Positions 1 through 11,648 of a stretch of 37,598 bases of DNA are shown piece by piece; the first letter of the stretch is position 1; each line of letters starts with the position of its first letter. The DNA comes from Halocafeteria seosinensis (Eukaryota), in assembly GCA_001687465.1 (NCBI GenBank), contig LVLI01000119.1, positions 1 to 37,598 of the forward strand, given 5' to 3'. The notes below the pieces were generated by a model, which worked only from the letters and a program-made list of their open reading frames with translations, was not told the origin of the DNA and searched no databases. The position numbers and the translations under genes were made by a program.

Positions 1-2800
1 GAAATGCACATTCCGCACACATACAGGGCACTCGAATCGGACGTCTTCGACCAAATGTCACCATCTGCATGTGATACACCGGAAACAGATGCCTCAGGTA
101 AGTGAAATGCTAAGATTCTCAGTACTTACTTAGTATTACGTAGCCCGGCCCTTTACCAGGGGCGTTACTTCCCCAAGTCATTGGAGAATCCAGGGAAGTT
201 CCCACGAGCGACGAAGTAGCCAACATTCGGTATGTTACAAGCATAGTCAACCGGTCTAAATGCATGTGCGTTTCTTCATCTTCACTACAGGCGCTCGTCT
301 TTCTACATCACGGGGAAGAAGCGCACGCGATTTGCGCCCCCTGTGGTGGCGAGCACATTGGACGAGCTGCAAGTCGCCTATGAGGCAGCTGAAGGATTCA
401 ATCTCGTTAGGTATGTAGACCCGTCTATATTGTAGAGGACGATATTCGGTCCGGTCTCGATCCCATCGTTACTGTTTGCCCTCCAGTAAAGAACACCACT
501 TATTGTATAGGAGATTTGTGTGCTTCTCTTCGAGTGCGCACGAACTCTTCCTCCGCAAAGCCGGATCCTCAATAAATACTGTCCAAATTGACGGCACCAA
601 GATGGGGCCATATTCGTATTTTCCCATCCTCGGAGTACCGAAGGAGCACAACAGAGGTGAGTGCTTCCTTCGACTGTTACTTTGCGATGTGCGGCAGCTT
701 TCAGGACCCCATATGTTTACTTGCCCAGGAATCGTCATTTCACACCTACTTGTCCAAGGCGAAGGACGGAGGAAAGAAGCGCTGAATGAGTACTGGAAAA
801 TATTCTACGAAAACTTCTTTCCGGAAAAAAGAATGGAGCGCCATATCAAGGTATGTGCGGTTTCTAAGAGAGCTCATTATCTAGACTGCCCACCCTCGAC
901 AGCTGCACTGACTGCAGAAACTCGTCAGTGACTTTGATAAGGCCCAGATATACTCATTTCTGAAAGTCACGACAGGGAAAAAAGTAGATTTCTTAAAACG
1001 GCAAATTCGGGACGGATTCATTCAAGACACGGATATCAGAGCGAGCATAGAGCACGTAAGTACTGAATTCAGTAGTGTTTTCCTCCTTCGCCTACCAATG
1101 TACGAACACAGCAGTTGTCACAAATGCATGCCCCTTATGAGTCCGATTCGACGACCTGGATCACCATGAAAGACGAAATGGACGAAATCCAAACACTCAC
1201 ATTTCGCCATGCGCGGCGTGACGAGACAAATCTGCTGAAAGATGTTTTACAGATCGATGTTCAGCTCTGTCTGCATCACCTAAAGAAGGCGTATGTAACG
1301 GCGCAATACACTCATCCAAGCCGTGAACACTATTTTGAGTTACGCGTTGCAGATGGAACTCCTATCTGCGTCCACTGTTCAATAGGGGAATGAAGCAGCT
1401 CTTGCGGGAACAGGACCAACCCCAAGACGATGGCGCTGAGCAGGCAGGAGAGCACGTCGAGAACGAGGAGAATGATCGGGATTCCGATTGCTCCGAAATA
1501 TCCGACAGCGAAGAGGTGAATGCGAACGATGACGATGCCTCGGATGATACCAACCACGTCGAAACAGATGAGGAAGAGGAGGCGGTCCACCAGTCAGAAG
1601 GTGGACCCGGAAATCAGCCAGATGAGCAGGAAAATGGAGACGATTCTGATCTGCAGTTCCCGGATTACAAGTAAGCGTGGTCATACGATGATTTGGGCTA
1701 ACCAACTTACAGTCCCTGAACCAATGAGGCAGAGCACTGGAGAGAGCTCTATTGTACATGAGCAGTAGTCGCTCCACGACTGATGCGGCAGAGAAGGAAC
1801 AGCATATCTGCGATGGCCTGAGGGTGTTCCCCAACGGGGACGAAATGATACAGTATTTGCGACACAACTATCTCGGGGAAGATATGCGACGTACGTACCT
1901 AATCGCTTCCCGAACATCTCCAATCAATATCCGAGTTGGATGCAGCGCTCTGGGTGCTCTCATCTTCATTGATTGACACCCCATCTGAAGACAACGACTC
2001 AAATTGAGCGGTATGAAACTGGCAATATCGATTCATTTCTTCCCAACTTTCATTATTCCCCTTGTTGCTGCAGAATGAACCGGACCACTAAATCGCGCTG
2101 GGAAAACTCCAAGAGCACGACAGAACTGGTCTTTTATCTGAATGGACATCCGTCATACCCACTAAGTGCTTGGTTACGAACCAATCAACAGGTTCTGGGA
2201 AGGTAGGATTGCTATGGCTAATTCACTCTTCATACTCAACGCTAACTTGACGTCCAAACAGGAGGTTTGCGTCGTCGTGAACCAACAGTAATCAATAGGG
2301 AAGAGAAAGCCCACATTCTTCATGACTGGGCGTTGCGAGAACCAGCTTTCCATAATGGATGTTTCTGTACCCAGCAATCCAGCAAATGGCTCACCGCACA
2401 TATAAGGTTAGTCAGCTCATGTCTACTCTGCGACTTCGCAAAACCACAATCTTCGATTCCAACAGGTGTTGCCTGAGCCACGATGGTGGCAAGACATTCG
2501 GTGGATTGAAGACTGCTTTTACACAGTGATACAATAGTGGCTCCTGTGAACACACTCAAATGCAACTGCCCCCATAGCTATAAGGGGAATGACTGCAAGC
2601 ATCAAAAACTGGTAAGGGAGTTCGACCCCACGCTCCTCAGCTTGGGATCAAGTGAGTCCGAAACAGCGACCCACGATGTTCCTCATGGACCTACTCCCCA
2701 GTTGCAAGTGCTGCGACAATCTGTTCGAAACAAAAGCACTTCAAGAATAAGTGAATCAGTGAGTAGAAAGGTTTAGCGCATTTATAATACGTACAAGAAA
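1..2800 (+). mobile_element. Spliced Mutator/MULE-type DDE transposase with C-terminal SWIM zinc finger; probably inactive, 5' end outside the window
   Basis: Motifs appear in MULE order: QIDGTK (first D), ITMKDEMDEIQTL (second D region), QLCLHHLKKA (CxxH), YLRHNYL..W..HLKTTTQIE(R)MNRTTK (TTN.E-like, catalytic E) and KCNCPHSYKGNDCKH (SWIM). Short GT-AG introns, e.g. 411-486, 657-704 and ~2011-2073. Apparent frameshifts at the C-run 1979-1982 and just before the SWIM finger. No TIRs seen; the 3' limit is uncertain. Confidence 0.8.
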
Positions 2801-4559
2801 TGGAGGCTTGTCTACAGTTCATATGCTATGAAACAAACTACCGCTGGTTTTGCAAAGCTGATGACGGGGATCTGTCAGAAATGAATGAGCTTACCGATTC
2901 GTTCGTCCTCGTCGAGCACTATACCTCGGAAAGAGGTGGCTCAAAAGGATGGAATTTACACATTTCAAGCAGTCACAGCTCGCAGGCTTCGACGTGGAAT
3001 CCTATTGGCTGTTACCTCCACAACAGCCCTTACGAAGTCACCTTACAGAGCGAGGTTTGCACATCGTCCTCCAAACAGTAACTCAGCTACAAGGGCCTTC
3101 AACAAATAGCGTTTCCAACACAGCATTAATTTGTATGGGGATTTTGCGCTCCAAGTTGTGGAACCAGCCATATTACTTCTCCAGTCGAGAAATAGCATAT
3201 CAGAGGAGAAAATCGTCCTGGAGCTCGTGGACTGGTACCGTCGTAACTAGCTAGCAACCTTCAGCTCGAAGGTATGATGGTGCCGTAGCATAACAAGGTG
3301 CAGCCTCTGATACTGTACTGACAATCGACGTTATTGCATTTCACTCCATTCTGCATGGGCACATACACTGATCCAATTGGTGTTTCCATCGTTTATTAGA
3401 GTGATCAAAGATAGAGGTATGGCTCCCCTTATCTTGAAAGATTCGATAAGCGTAGTGCATAAACTTTCTCATACTGGAACACACACCGCATAAATCTCCT
3501 AGTCCGTGAAACCAATGCGGCGTCGGGCCCCTATAAATGCACCCCTTGTACTCATATCATCTGTATTCTGCCTCCAGCTTTTCGCTCCTATCAAACGGGA
3601 TTCAGTTTCCACTACTACGATACTAGTTGGGGTCTGCAGCGAAGGGTTTCGTTTCTTCTGCTACTGATGCTGAGGGGAGTGTATCACCTAAAGATGCCTT
3701 AACAATAAGATCATCTCACGCACCCCTATTTGAGCTCGATGTGTGCCCCGGCCATTTGTTCATCGACTCCGTCCACCAACTTTCCGGGGCTGTACATGTA
3801 TTCTGTGTCTCGTCACTAGCCAGACTACCGGGTCTCTATTTTCATCCCTTCTAAGGAAGTTTAGTCCTTACGCCCGTTGCTCGAAGTCGTCAAAACTACA
3901 GACAGAATAAACTCTATTTATCATTCAAAAAACGAAAAATGATTCCCAGAAATCTTCACTTGACCAATTCCAGGTTTCATGTACTCCCATAGTGGCACAC
4001 GGAATCCACTTTGGCAAATATGATGGAGGCACTTCATAAAGCCGCAGCATACATCAGCGGAGTGCTCTCGAGTGTACTTCCCCCCTTTTCTTTTTCGACA
4101 CTACCCTCCTCTTCATTTGGTGTCAGTCACCTTCCATGTACGACGTTGACCTCTCCTCGACAAATCACGATTAGAGCCGCGATATCCTTAGACGCTTAAT
4201 TGGTGACATTGACAGCAGAGCAACCTCTAAATGCAACTTACTGCCGGACCTTTTACAGCCATTTGGGAAGCTTACAGTAGCTCCTCAGTTGCAAGCAATC
4301 CTGGACTTTTCACTCCTATGGAATTTCCCAATGGTCTGTTGCTATGTCAAATCAAGTGGACTTCCTTTTAACATCTCGAATAGCTTGAGTGTATAAGTAT
4401 TGGAGTCCAATCTACCTGCTATGCTAGGCAGCGTGTGGTGTGAACCCTACCTGGAAACGGTACGATAACTGCAGCGACCCGTAACAAGACTGCAAACCAT
4501 GCTATATGGTTCAGCCGCGTAGTTAAAGTTAGGTCCTCATTGGATCTGGCCCTTCTCTC

Positions 4560-4760
4560 CCCTCGTACCTCTTGTACCTGAAACAATAAACACGAACCCG
4601 GAACCGCTCCAGCACCTCATGTTGTGGCGCATCAACGTGATAGACACTTTGGCTATCATCAGCTTCCGAAAGTCCCGTGTCTCCCCCGTTGCTTTTTTGA
4701 AAATTCTCTTTAGAAACTTGGTGGCGTCTTCGCTGAAGCCACCCGTAGCCTCTATCACGT
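4560..4760 (-). mobile_element. 3'-end relic of an RLE-type (CRE-like) non-LTR retrotransposon ORF
   Basis: IEATGGFSEDATKFLKRI...KVSITLMRHN matches the post-endonuclease C-terminal segment and resembles METYGGFSTTFIQLI...LSVCLMRQQ in the element at 6158-6964. Confidence 0.65.
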
Positions 4761-4799
4761 GTTATGACCCCTCAGATTTCCGTATTTTGTCCGTTGCTT

Positions 4800-6140
4800 C
4801 TACTCAGACTCTACCGCGATGGTGAGGGGCTACCTTGCTGTCGCTGATAATCTGTGTGTTGTGAGCGGTTGATGTAAACTGTGCGCGTTACGCCTTTTCC
4901 TACCAGGTACATGACCGGCCTCATTTCTTCCTTCTGCCCATCTACAAGCACCTCTCTCCACGGCCAAATGCCCACGCGTTAGTAGCCCTCAAGTTCCATA
5001 CTATCCTCCCATGAGGGTGGATCCTTTGTGTGGTGTGCCCTTTTTTGCCGCGTCCCAGTGCATGCTGCAGCCGGTCGTCAATGGGTCCGTCTCCACAGAA
5101 TTCAACGACTGGCTCCGTACACAGGTTAGTTTGAGGGAGCCTGAGGCATAGACGCAGTGCTACCATGTCTTTGTGTCGGTAAGTGTAAACCCTTACCTTG
5201 GTATGCGTATAGTCAGGTGGCTACCCTGTCCGTTTGGGGTCTGTAATTAGCGCTTTCTGCTGTGGGTTTAGCGTCCCTTTCACGGTCCGTGTAGCTACTC
5301 TCTGCAACATCTTGCTTGAGCTTCGGTTTCTCCCAGTACCCTTCGTAGTATGCATTCGGGAGTCCGATCGTTTCCTGTACCGCGTTCCGATTCGAAACTC
5401 TTCGCCAGACTTGGTGGGGGATTCTTGCGGTGTTGAGCGAGCGGGCCCTGCTCATTTCCTGCCACTTGCTGGATCGTTTTTGACGCGTCGAGATATGCGC
5501 GGAGAGCTTCCTTCGCCAGTTCATCGTGGTATGAATTTCTAGTCCAGCTCCCCATGCTTAATTCAGTTTCTTTCCCGTACATAGTTCTCATGAAATAACT
5601 CTTTGTCGAACTACCAGAATTATGATATCTGTGCCGGCCGTTTGTCGTACTATGTTTTGTGTAGGGATAATAGGGCTCCATTCGTCTTTGCTTATGTCTA
5701 CTGTGTCGGCGAAGAGGACATGCGTCTTATATCCCTGTTGGTCTTCAGCTCCTGAAGCCTGTTGCTTCAGATGACACAACCGACCGAAAACAGCGAGCCA
5801 TCGTAACAGGAGACCTCCCTCGGACTGAGATCTGAAATGACCGAACTGTCGAACTTTCAGCGCATCGATGAGGCAAGCAATATCATCCTCCTACAAGATT
5901 GCATTTTCTGTATGCTTCAACAAACGGCGCCCCATTTCGTCGGATTCGGACTGAGCTCTGAAATGAACACAACTCTCGAAGTTTCGATGCGCCGGTAAGG
6001 CAAGCACTATTACCCTCCTACTGAATAGCACTTTCTGTATCCGCTTTCTTCCAATGCTTGAGTTTCATGGCGCGCAGTTCAATAAACGACTAAGGAGCAA
6101 CGAAGTATTCTGCATTCTCCTGATATGTAACAATGGTGTC
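4800..6140 (-). pseudogene. Relic of a multi-exon gene of unknown function, probably a multicopy family
   Basis: Repeated minus-strand GTAGGA...TTTCAG introns; splicing them joins KLKHWKKADTESAIQ-AQSESDEMGRRLLKHTENAIL-SQSEGG in frame to the 5588-5779 ORF. In-frame stops are present. Segment 4894-5159 recurs at 8477-8728. Confidence 0.4.
5820..6045. repeat. Diverged tandem duplication, period 126 bp (one exon + intron unit on the minus strand)
   Basis: cggactgag(a/c)tctgaaatga at 5821 and 5947, each followed by aggcaagca...cctcctac...tttctgtat. Confidence 0.8.
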
Positions 6141-6157
6141 TACCTAGGACAGCCAAT

Positions 6158-7538
6158 TCAGGGACCTGCTTGAGGTAGGGCCAAACAACACGAAAACCAG
6201 ACGGCCAGCAATACGGTACATGCTACAGAGCCCAATATATGACGTACAAGTGCGTGGTTGATGCGCCGTGCCGTGACTGTGAAGGACGGAAATTCGTCGA
6301 CAAATCCATCGAGCGTCAAGGATTGTTGCCTCATAAGGCACACTGAGAGCGCCCCCATCAACTTGTTCCTTTGCCGTCCCAGTGACGGTCCCACTTCCTC
6401 CCTACCTTTCGCCCTAAAACGGTGGTCCATTAGGGAGTCGATAAGTTGGATGAACGTGGTGCTGAAGCCTCCATAGGTCTCCATTGCCCCTGGGAAGAAT
6501 TGAGCATGATGCTTTTGGACATGTTCCTTGTACTTCCGTATCTTCATCTTAGACGCTTCCTCTGCCGGTGAGTGCTGCTCCATTCCTCCTTGTTGTCTTC
6601 GAGCCTCTGTGTTGCCGTCAACCACTGTGAGGTCCGACCAGAAGAGCCTGTTGCCGCTGATGATCACTAAATCCATGACTTTGGTCCGTGCTTCCTCACT
6701 AAGAGCTGCGCCCCCCGCGTTGGCTTGAGTAAGTGGAGTGTGCAACAGCCTTGCAAGTGGCACTTCCCGTTCGACTTGGAAATCGTGTGCAACCAACCAG
6801 AAAAACAGCTTATCCCTTAGCGCATTGTGCCTTAGCGTACGTAGATGAGCCATGGGACCTTTGGAACATCCAAGANCATGCTCGAGCGACGGGTGTAGAA
6901 GCTCCTGGGTGCAAGGGCAGAAGACCCTCCGGTCCTCGAGGGAATTGGTCAATTGGAGTCCCAAACGGAGGCAAAGACTCTACCGATACTCGTGCTTGGA
7001 AATCCAGAGGAAACTCCTTCCAAAGCAGAACAGAGACAGCATGCTCTTAAAGATCCTCGATTGACTGAAGAGCAACGGCAATATAGGAGAGGGTATCATA
7101 TTTCGATGGGGCTGCCCTCACCCATCTGCCTGCCCCTTTTCCCCTAAGGAGGTTGAGACGCTTCCTGTCAACACCTTGCGGATCGAGCTGGCTCAGGATC
7201 TTTTCCCGAAGCCGCTGCCCTTGTTTATTGGCAAGATACCTCTGGGTCGATTTCCCCGCCCCTTCAGCGGTGAGTTTGATCAAAGCCCCGTCAATTGGAC
7301 CAATGTCCTCGACAACCCTTCCGTGCACTTCAGCCAGCCAATCAGGGACCCCGTTGGCAACATCAAAAAGGCCCGGCAGCTTGTTTCCAAGAACGTCTCT
7401 GTTGCAGTCCAGCAAGCTCCCCAGGTAACACGCCTTGGTTCGGTCTCGGAGAAACCCACTCCCCAGTCCCCCTTCTTTGATCTTGCGCATTTGATCCAGC
7501 GTGTGGGGTGGCACCTCGTCTAGAGCACCTCCTGACAC
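6158..7538 (-). mobile_element. 5'-truncated, degenerate CRE/SLACS-like non-LTR retrotransposon (RT thumb, CCHC knuckle, restriction-like endonuclease)
   Basis: KEGGLG...ACYLGS (thumb), GAGRWVRAAP, LRLG, CPC..H.LGC knuckle, RHNALRD, EREV, MDLV..SDLTV (PD..D), KIRKY and FFPGAMETYGG. Stops and a frameshift lie between 7047 and 6964. The RT core is absent. Confidence 0.85.
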
Positions 7539-7787
7539 TGTAGCGCTTCAGCGAACATGAGGACCGATCTCAGCTCCTCATAGTCTTTTCCCAACGTAGA
7601 ACCATGTTCCTTATCTAAAGGAAAAATATAGGAACTTCAGGATCTTCCGCCACGATCAGCCACGTCCTGGGCTCTTAATCACATGGTGATGTGACATATT
7701 TTCTTCGAACTTAGAACTACCTTCTTTATGTTTGACTCACGCCTAACTGTGTGATACTATCAAGTCCAACGGAGCATAGGTATCACC

Positions 7788-8476
7788 ATGTCAGCTCGGA
7801 ATTTGCAGGAAGCCAAGAAGCAGTGGCAGAAAGGAGATAGTGCCCTCAAGCAGGATGGTAAATACGAGCGGGCCCTCAAGTGCTTTAACGAATCTCTGCT
7901 CCTTTCCACTAGGTATACTCTTGCGTTCGAAGGCAAAGGAGTGGCACTACTCTGTCGGGGGTCTAAACTGAGAGAGACTGTGACAAGAGGAGGAGGAAGC
8001 CCAATGGACTTTGGCGATGTTTCATCCTGGGAAGCATAACGCCGGAAGCGCTTCAGAAGGGATTTACCATGGTTTCACAAAAGTGATAGAATCAGATTCT
8101 AGGAATCCAGCGGGATACTTGTGGAAAGGGATAGCCTCTATAGATTGTGCAAAGTATGAGCAAGCGTCGGATTTGCTCGAAGAAGCCCTCCGGAAGCAGT
8201 TCCCATTGAACGAAACGGTAGATGTTCATCGGCACCGATTAGAAGCACACCGACAAGTGATTCCGTTACTACAACCGTGTGCTTATATTTGGAGGAAGCC
8301 TCAAGCTCCCTTGTGTGTGTGTGTGTGTGTGTGTGTGTGGTGCATGCCATGCATAGGCAGTTCCAAATGGAACCAAACGTTGCTGATACCTCTGCGGAGA
8401 ATGCTTATGAGGTGTCCTGCATGAATGCCGCGCTACGCGAACTGGACAAAGGATTGAACGAATATGAGCAAGTTCC
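7788..8476 (+). pseudogene. TPR-repeat protein fragment, disrupted
   Basis: KGDSALKQDGKYERALKCFNESLLLSTRYTLAFEGKGVAL and FTKVIESDSRNPAGYLWKGIASIDCAKYEQASDLLEEAL are TPR-like but lie in different frames. The region ends abruptly at the repeat starting at 8477. Confidence 0.6.
8312..8339. repeat. (TG)14 microsatellite
   Basis: Directly visible. Confidence 0.95.
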
Positions 8477-8728
8477 ACTGCGTCTACGCCTCAGGCTCCC
8501 TCAAACCAACCTGTGTACGGAGCCAGTCGTTGACTTCTGTGGAGACGGACCCATTGACGACCGGCTGCAGCACGCAATGGGATACGACAAAAGCTGGAAC
8601 GCCACACAAACGATCCACCCTCATGGGAGGATAATATGGACTACTTTCGCATAGGCATTTGGCCGTGGAGAGAGGTGCTTGTAGATGGGCAGAAGGAAGA
8701 TGTCGGTCATGTACCTGGTAGGAAAAGC
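8477..8728 (+). repeat. ~250 bp diverged copy of 4894-5159, in inverted orientation
   Basis: Reverse-complement match, e.g. gcctcaggctccctcaaac, tctgtggagacggacccattgacgaccggctgcagca and catttggccgtggagagaggtgcttgtagatgggcagaaggaaga. Confidence 0.95.
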
Positions 8729-8732
8729 TTTT

Positions 8733-9090
8733 TTTAGTGGTCCGATTCATTCTGCAGCAAGAAGGGGAATAATGGAAGTTGGGAAGAAATGAATCGATAT
8801 TGCCAGTGTCAACTCCTCGGCCGGTGGGCTTTCTGTCACATATGTGTGTGTGTCCCATGGGACCTCCGCATGGCTAGGTAGCAGTTCATTGCTTAATAGG
8901 ATTGGGAGGATATCCGGCCGGTAAACTATCTGTATACATACTTGGTATGTGTGTGAGGATATTGTTGTTAGTTTCCTCTTGCACGTATTTCGTGCTTGTG
9001 TCAGCATTGCTCCACCTGAGTCGTTGTCTTCAGATGGGTGTCAATCAATGAAGATGAAAGCACCCTGAGCACTGCATCACACTCGAATAT
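8733..9090 (-). mobile_element. Fragment of the same MULE family as ~1930-2092 (catalytic-E region including its intron), split by an insertion
   Basis: The reverse complement matches tcatcttcattgattgacacc..atctgaagacaacgactca and actggcaatatcgattcatttcttcccaact..gctgcagaatgaa.cggaccactaaa. Confidence 0.9.
8812..8997. mobile_element. 186 bp non-coding insertion flanked by 6 bp direct repeats GTGTCA
   Basis: Absent from the MULE copy at ~2013-2020. GTGTCA occurs at 8806-8811 and 8998-9003. One end matches 28851-28893. Confidence 0.65.
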
Positions 9091-9188
9091 TATACATATT
9101 GATCATCAATTGTCCTCGAAATCGGTTTTTATTAATCTCACTTCCTCCAGCTCGGTCGCTCAACCGTGTGCTTCCAGAGCTGAAGTGC

Positions 9189-9412
9189 TCCGAAAGGATA
9201 GATAACTACGGGGAGTACAAGACGACGATGTTTAGGGCTTACCTACCTTCTTGGACGTTTTAAGAGGCCGAAACTTTGTGCTTGGTTAGAGGTCTGACTC
9301 GTGAGACGACTAAGTGTGTTGGTGTTGGTAAATTGTTTAAGACATAGGGCAGTGTGCCTCGCGCGATTTGATACAACTACCCAGGCTTTGAGTGACGTTA
9401 TTGACAGCTTAA
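9189..9412 (+). pseudogene. Degenerate fragment homologous to the Crinkler/RHS-like gene (~10605-10822), inverted
   Basis: tccgaaagga.agataactacgg.gagtacaaga.gacgatgtt.agggcttacctacc and gaaactttgtgcttggtta.aggtctgactcgtgagacgact match the reverse complement. Stop codons are present (TAA for GAG, TAG for TGG). Confidence 0.9.
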
Positions 9413-9733
9413 AGTGAGAGTTTATGGCGCTCTACGGCCAGGTCGGGCTTTCTGTGCAGTTGCCAACGTAGAATTTCGTTTGCCACAATACGAAGTCTTA
9501 TTGCACAGTGACAAGCTCGGGCAAAGTTTGTCTTCGGTAACTGAAGCTAAGTTTAAAACGGTACGTTACAGATGTGGATACATACCTTTTTCCAGTGTGT
9601 TTTTCGATTCATCTCTGTTATCTCTATGATACGAATACCGACAGCTCGTTGAGCGTGGAATTAAGAGATCAATATTTGGAGTTGGGGTTCCCACTGGTGG
9701 CCGAACTGTGCGCGTTCGACAATATCGGAGAGA

Positions 9734-11648
9734 CTAACGACCCTTTCCGCTAAACAACGATTTCAATGCTTTGAGACCATCTTCTGTTACCTGAGCATCG
9801 AACACAGTCAACTTCTTCAAAATCTCCTCTTCATCTCTCCGCTCGTTTAAGTCCGTAGAAAATTGAGGAGTTTTCGGAGTACATCTTGGCTGAAACGGTG
9901 GGAGCACAAAGACCAACGTTATCTGCACGGGCTCAACGATAGGCTTTAAGGTTTCCAGAATCAGACGCAAGCCACGTAGCTTTAAACTATGGTCCTCCGA
10001 TGTTGTCGGTTGAAGAAAAATAACAGTCCTCTGTCGAGTGTTGCCCCTCCCTTTCGGAATATAAAGCGTAGCATCAACAGTTTCCGCGTTCGATGCAGAC
10101 GGAACCAAACAGCACCTTTGTTTATCGTATTTTATCAACTCTGTATACAACCGGTTCACCGTATTATACACAAGTGTCTTCACCGCCTCAGGGCCCCACT
10201 GAGGGATGTCAGTCGTCCCCACTTCCGAGGAAGTCCATTGACGGGTAGATATATCATACTTCCACTTTCGCTTTCCTTTCCAATTGCAAAGTTTCTTGTT
10301 CGCCTGAAGGTTTTCCTTGAAAAAGTCGATTGCGGCCATTTCCCATCCCTGATGGACCAAACGGTTCCGAGTATCTCCACCCTTAAGGAGGCAGTTCCAA
10401 ATGTATTCATTTTGGTGTGCAATAGCCCGGGCCATTACGGCCTCCGCGACCACAGTTGACGCGTAGTGGACGATACGTAAATCATTGAACCGATCTCTCT
10501 TCTCGCCGGTCGGAAACAAGTGCAAAATCTTGTACGTCGTAGTATCCTTCGGTTGCCCTGGCATAGCTGGACCGATTCCACTAAACATTCGTACTTTGTC
10601 GAGCTCAAAACTGTCTATAACTTCATCAACGTCCGGCGTATCAACCAGAAGCGTGCGAGGTACACCGCCCCAAATTTTAAACAATTCACCAACATGCTCA
10701 GTCGTCTCACGAGTCAGACCTTTAACCAAGCACAAAGTTTCGATCTCCTCAAACGTCCAAGGTGGTAGGTAAGCCCTCAACATCGTCTTCTTGTACTCAC
10801 CGTAGTTATCTGTCCTTTCGGAACAAAATAAGAACTTGTGAGCCTCTGCTGTACGAGCCTTGATGTCCATACTTCCATCAATCAAGAGCAGACGGGAGGT
10901 ACAGTTTGCAAAGTCGAGGGCCGTCTCAAACACGTATTGCTGAACAGGCCAAATTTGAAGAAATGTATCAGCATCGCTTTCCCCGCGCAAGTAAATCTCT
11001 TTCACCTGACATTCCCCAGAATTGTTGTGTATCTCTTTGAGCACTCGATAGATAACATACAATTGAAACAACGATTTACCAATCCCCGAAATGCCGGAGC
11101 AACATAAATGGAATTGGTTTCCGTTTTCCATTGCGGCAGGCTGTTCATCTCCTCGCAGCATGGGTACTACTAATTGATCGTAAATCCGGTCGTATTCCTT
11201 CAACACCAAGATCCTTGTAACCGTTTCGTTTCTTTCTAGAAACTTTAGTCCCATGGGAATCTCCAATACGTTGTATGTACCAACATCCGTTTCAACCGTC
11301 GTCAGTTTAGTAGTTTTCATATGTCGGACAAATTGTTTCACCCAACGAATGGGAAGCGGGCCAGTCGCAGCCGGCACTGCAAATGGCAAGCACGATGAAG
11401 AACGAAGTGTCTCTCTTTCTCTCAAACAGGGGTTAGAAACTTGGATTCAACAATTACTTACCCCGCAAACGGTACGCTATGAGAATCAGTACAACTACCG
11501 CGACCAAGAGTAGTAAGAGTACAGGGTCCTTCCGGTGTTTTTCCTCTAGGAAAAACATAAAGAACCAGCCAGTAAGAAGAAAAAACAGTACAATCCAGAC
11601 GTCGAACAATTCCCCAATCGCATAGCATCGGTCTCCGATTTGATCCAT
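9734..11648 (-). CDS. Crinkler/RHS-like protein: P-loop NTPase plus restriction-endonuclease-fold domain, with a hydrophobic N-terminal exon; true start uncertain (possibly 12012)
   Basis: Walker A SGISGIGKS followed by LFQLYVIYRVL, LLLIDG (Walker B-like), YLPPWTFEEI, WGGVPR, and C-terminal VPSASNAETVDA..FLQPTTSEDHSLKLRGL. Intron 11461-11377 (GTAAGT..TTTGCAG) joins the upstream exon in frame. Confidence 0.8.

Noticed and set aside
3300..4530. Short ORFs and small hairpins (tacc/ggta, accat/atggt near 4447-4510)
   Set aside because: No recognisable product or RNA family; the stems are too short to distinguish from chance.
4894..8728. The ~250 bp inverted repeats as TIRs of one 3.8 kb DNA transposon
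   Set aside because: The repeat contains exon/intron-like structure that continues beyond the repeat in the left copy, and I found no flanking TSD. It is better explained as a gene fragment.
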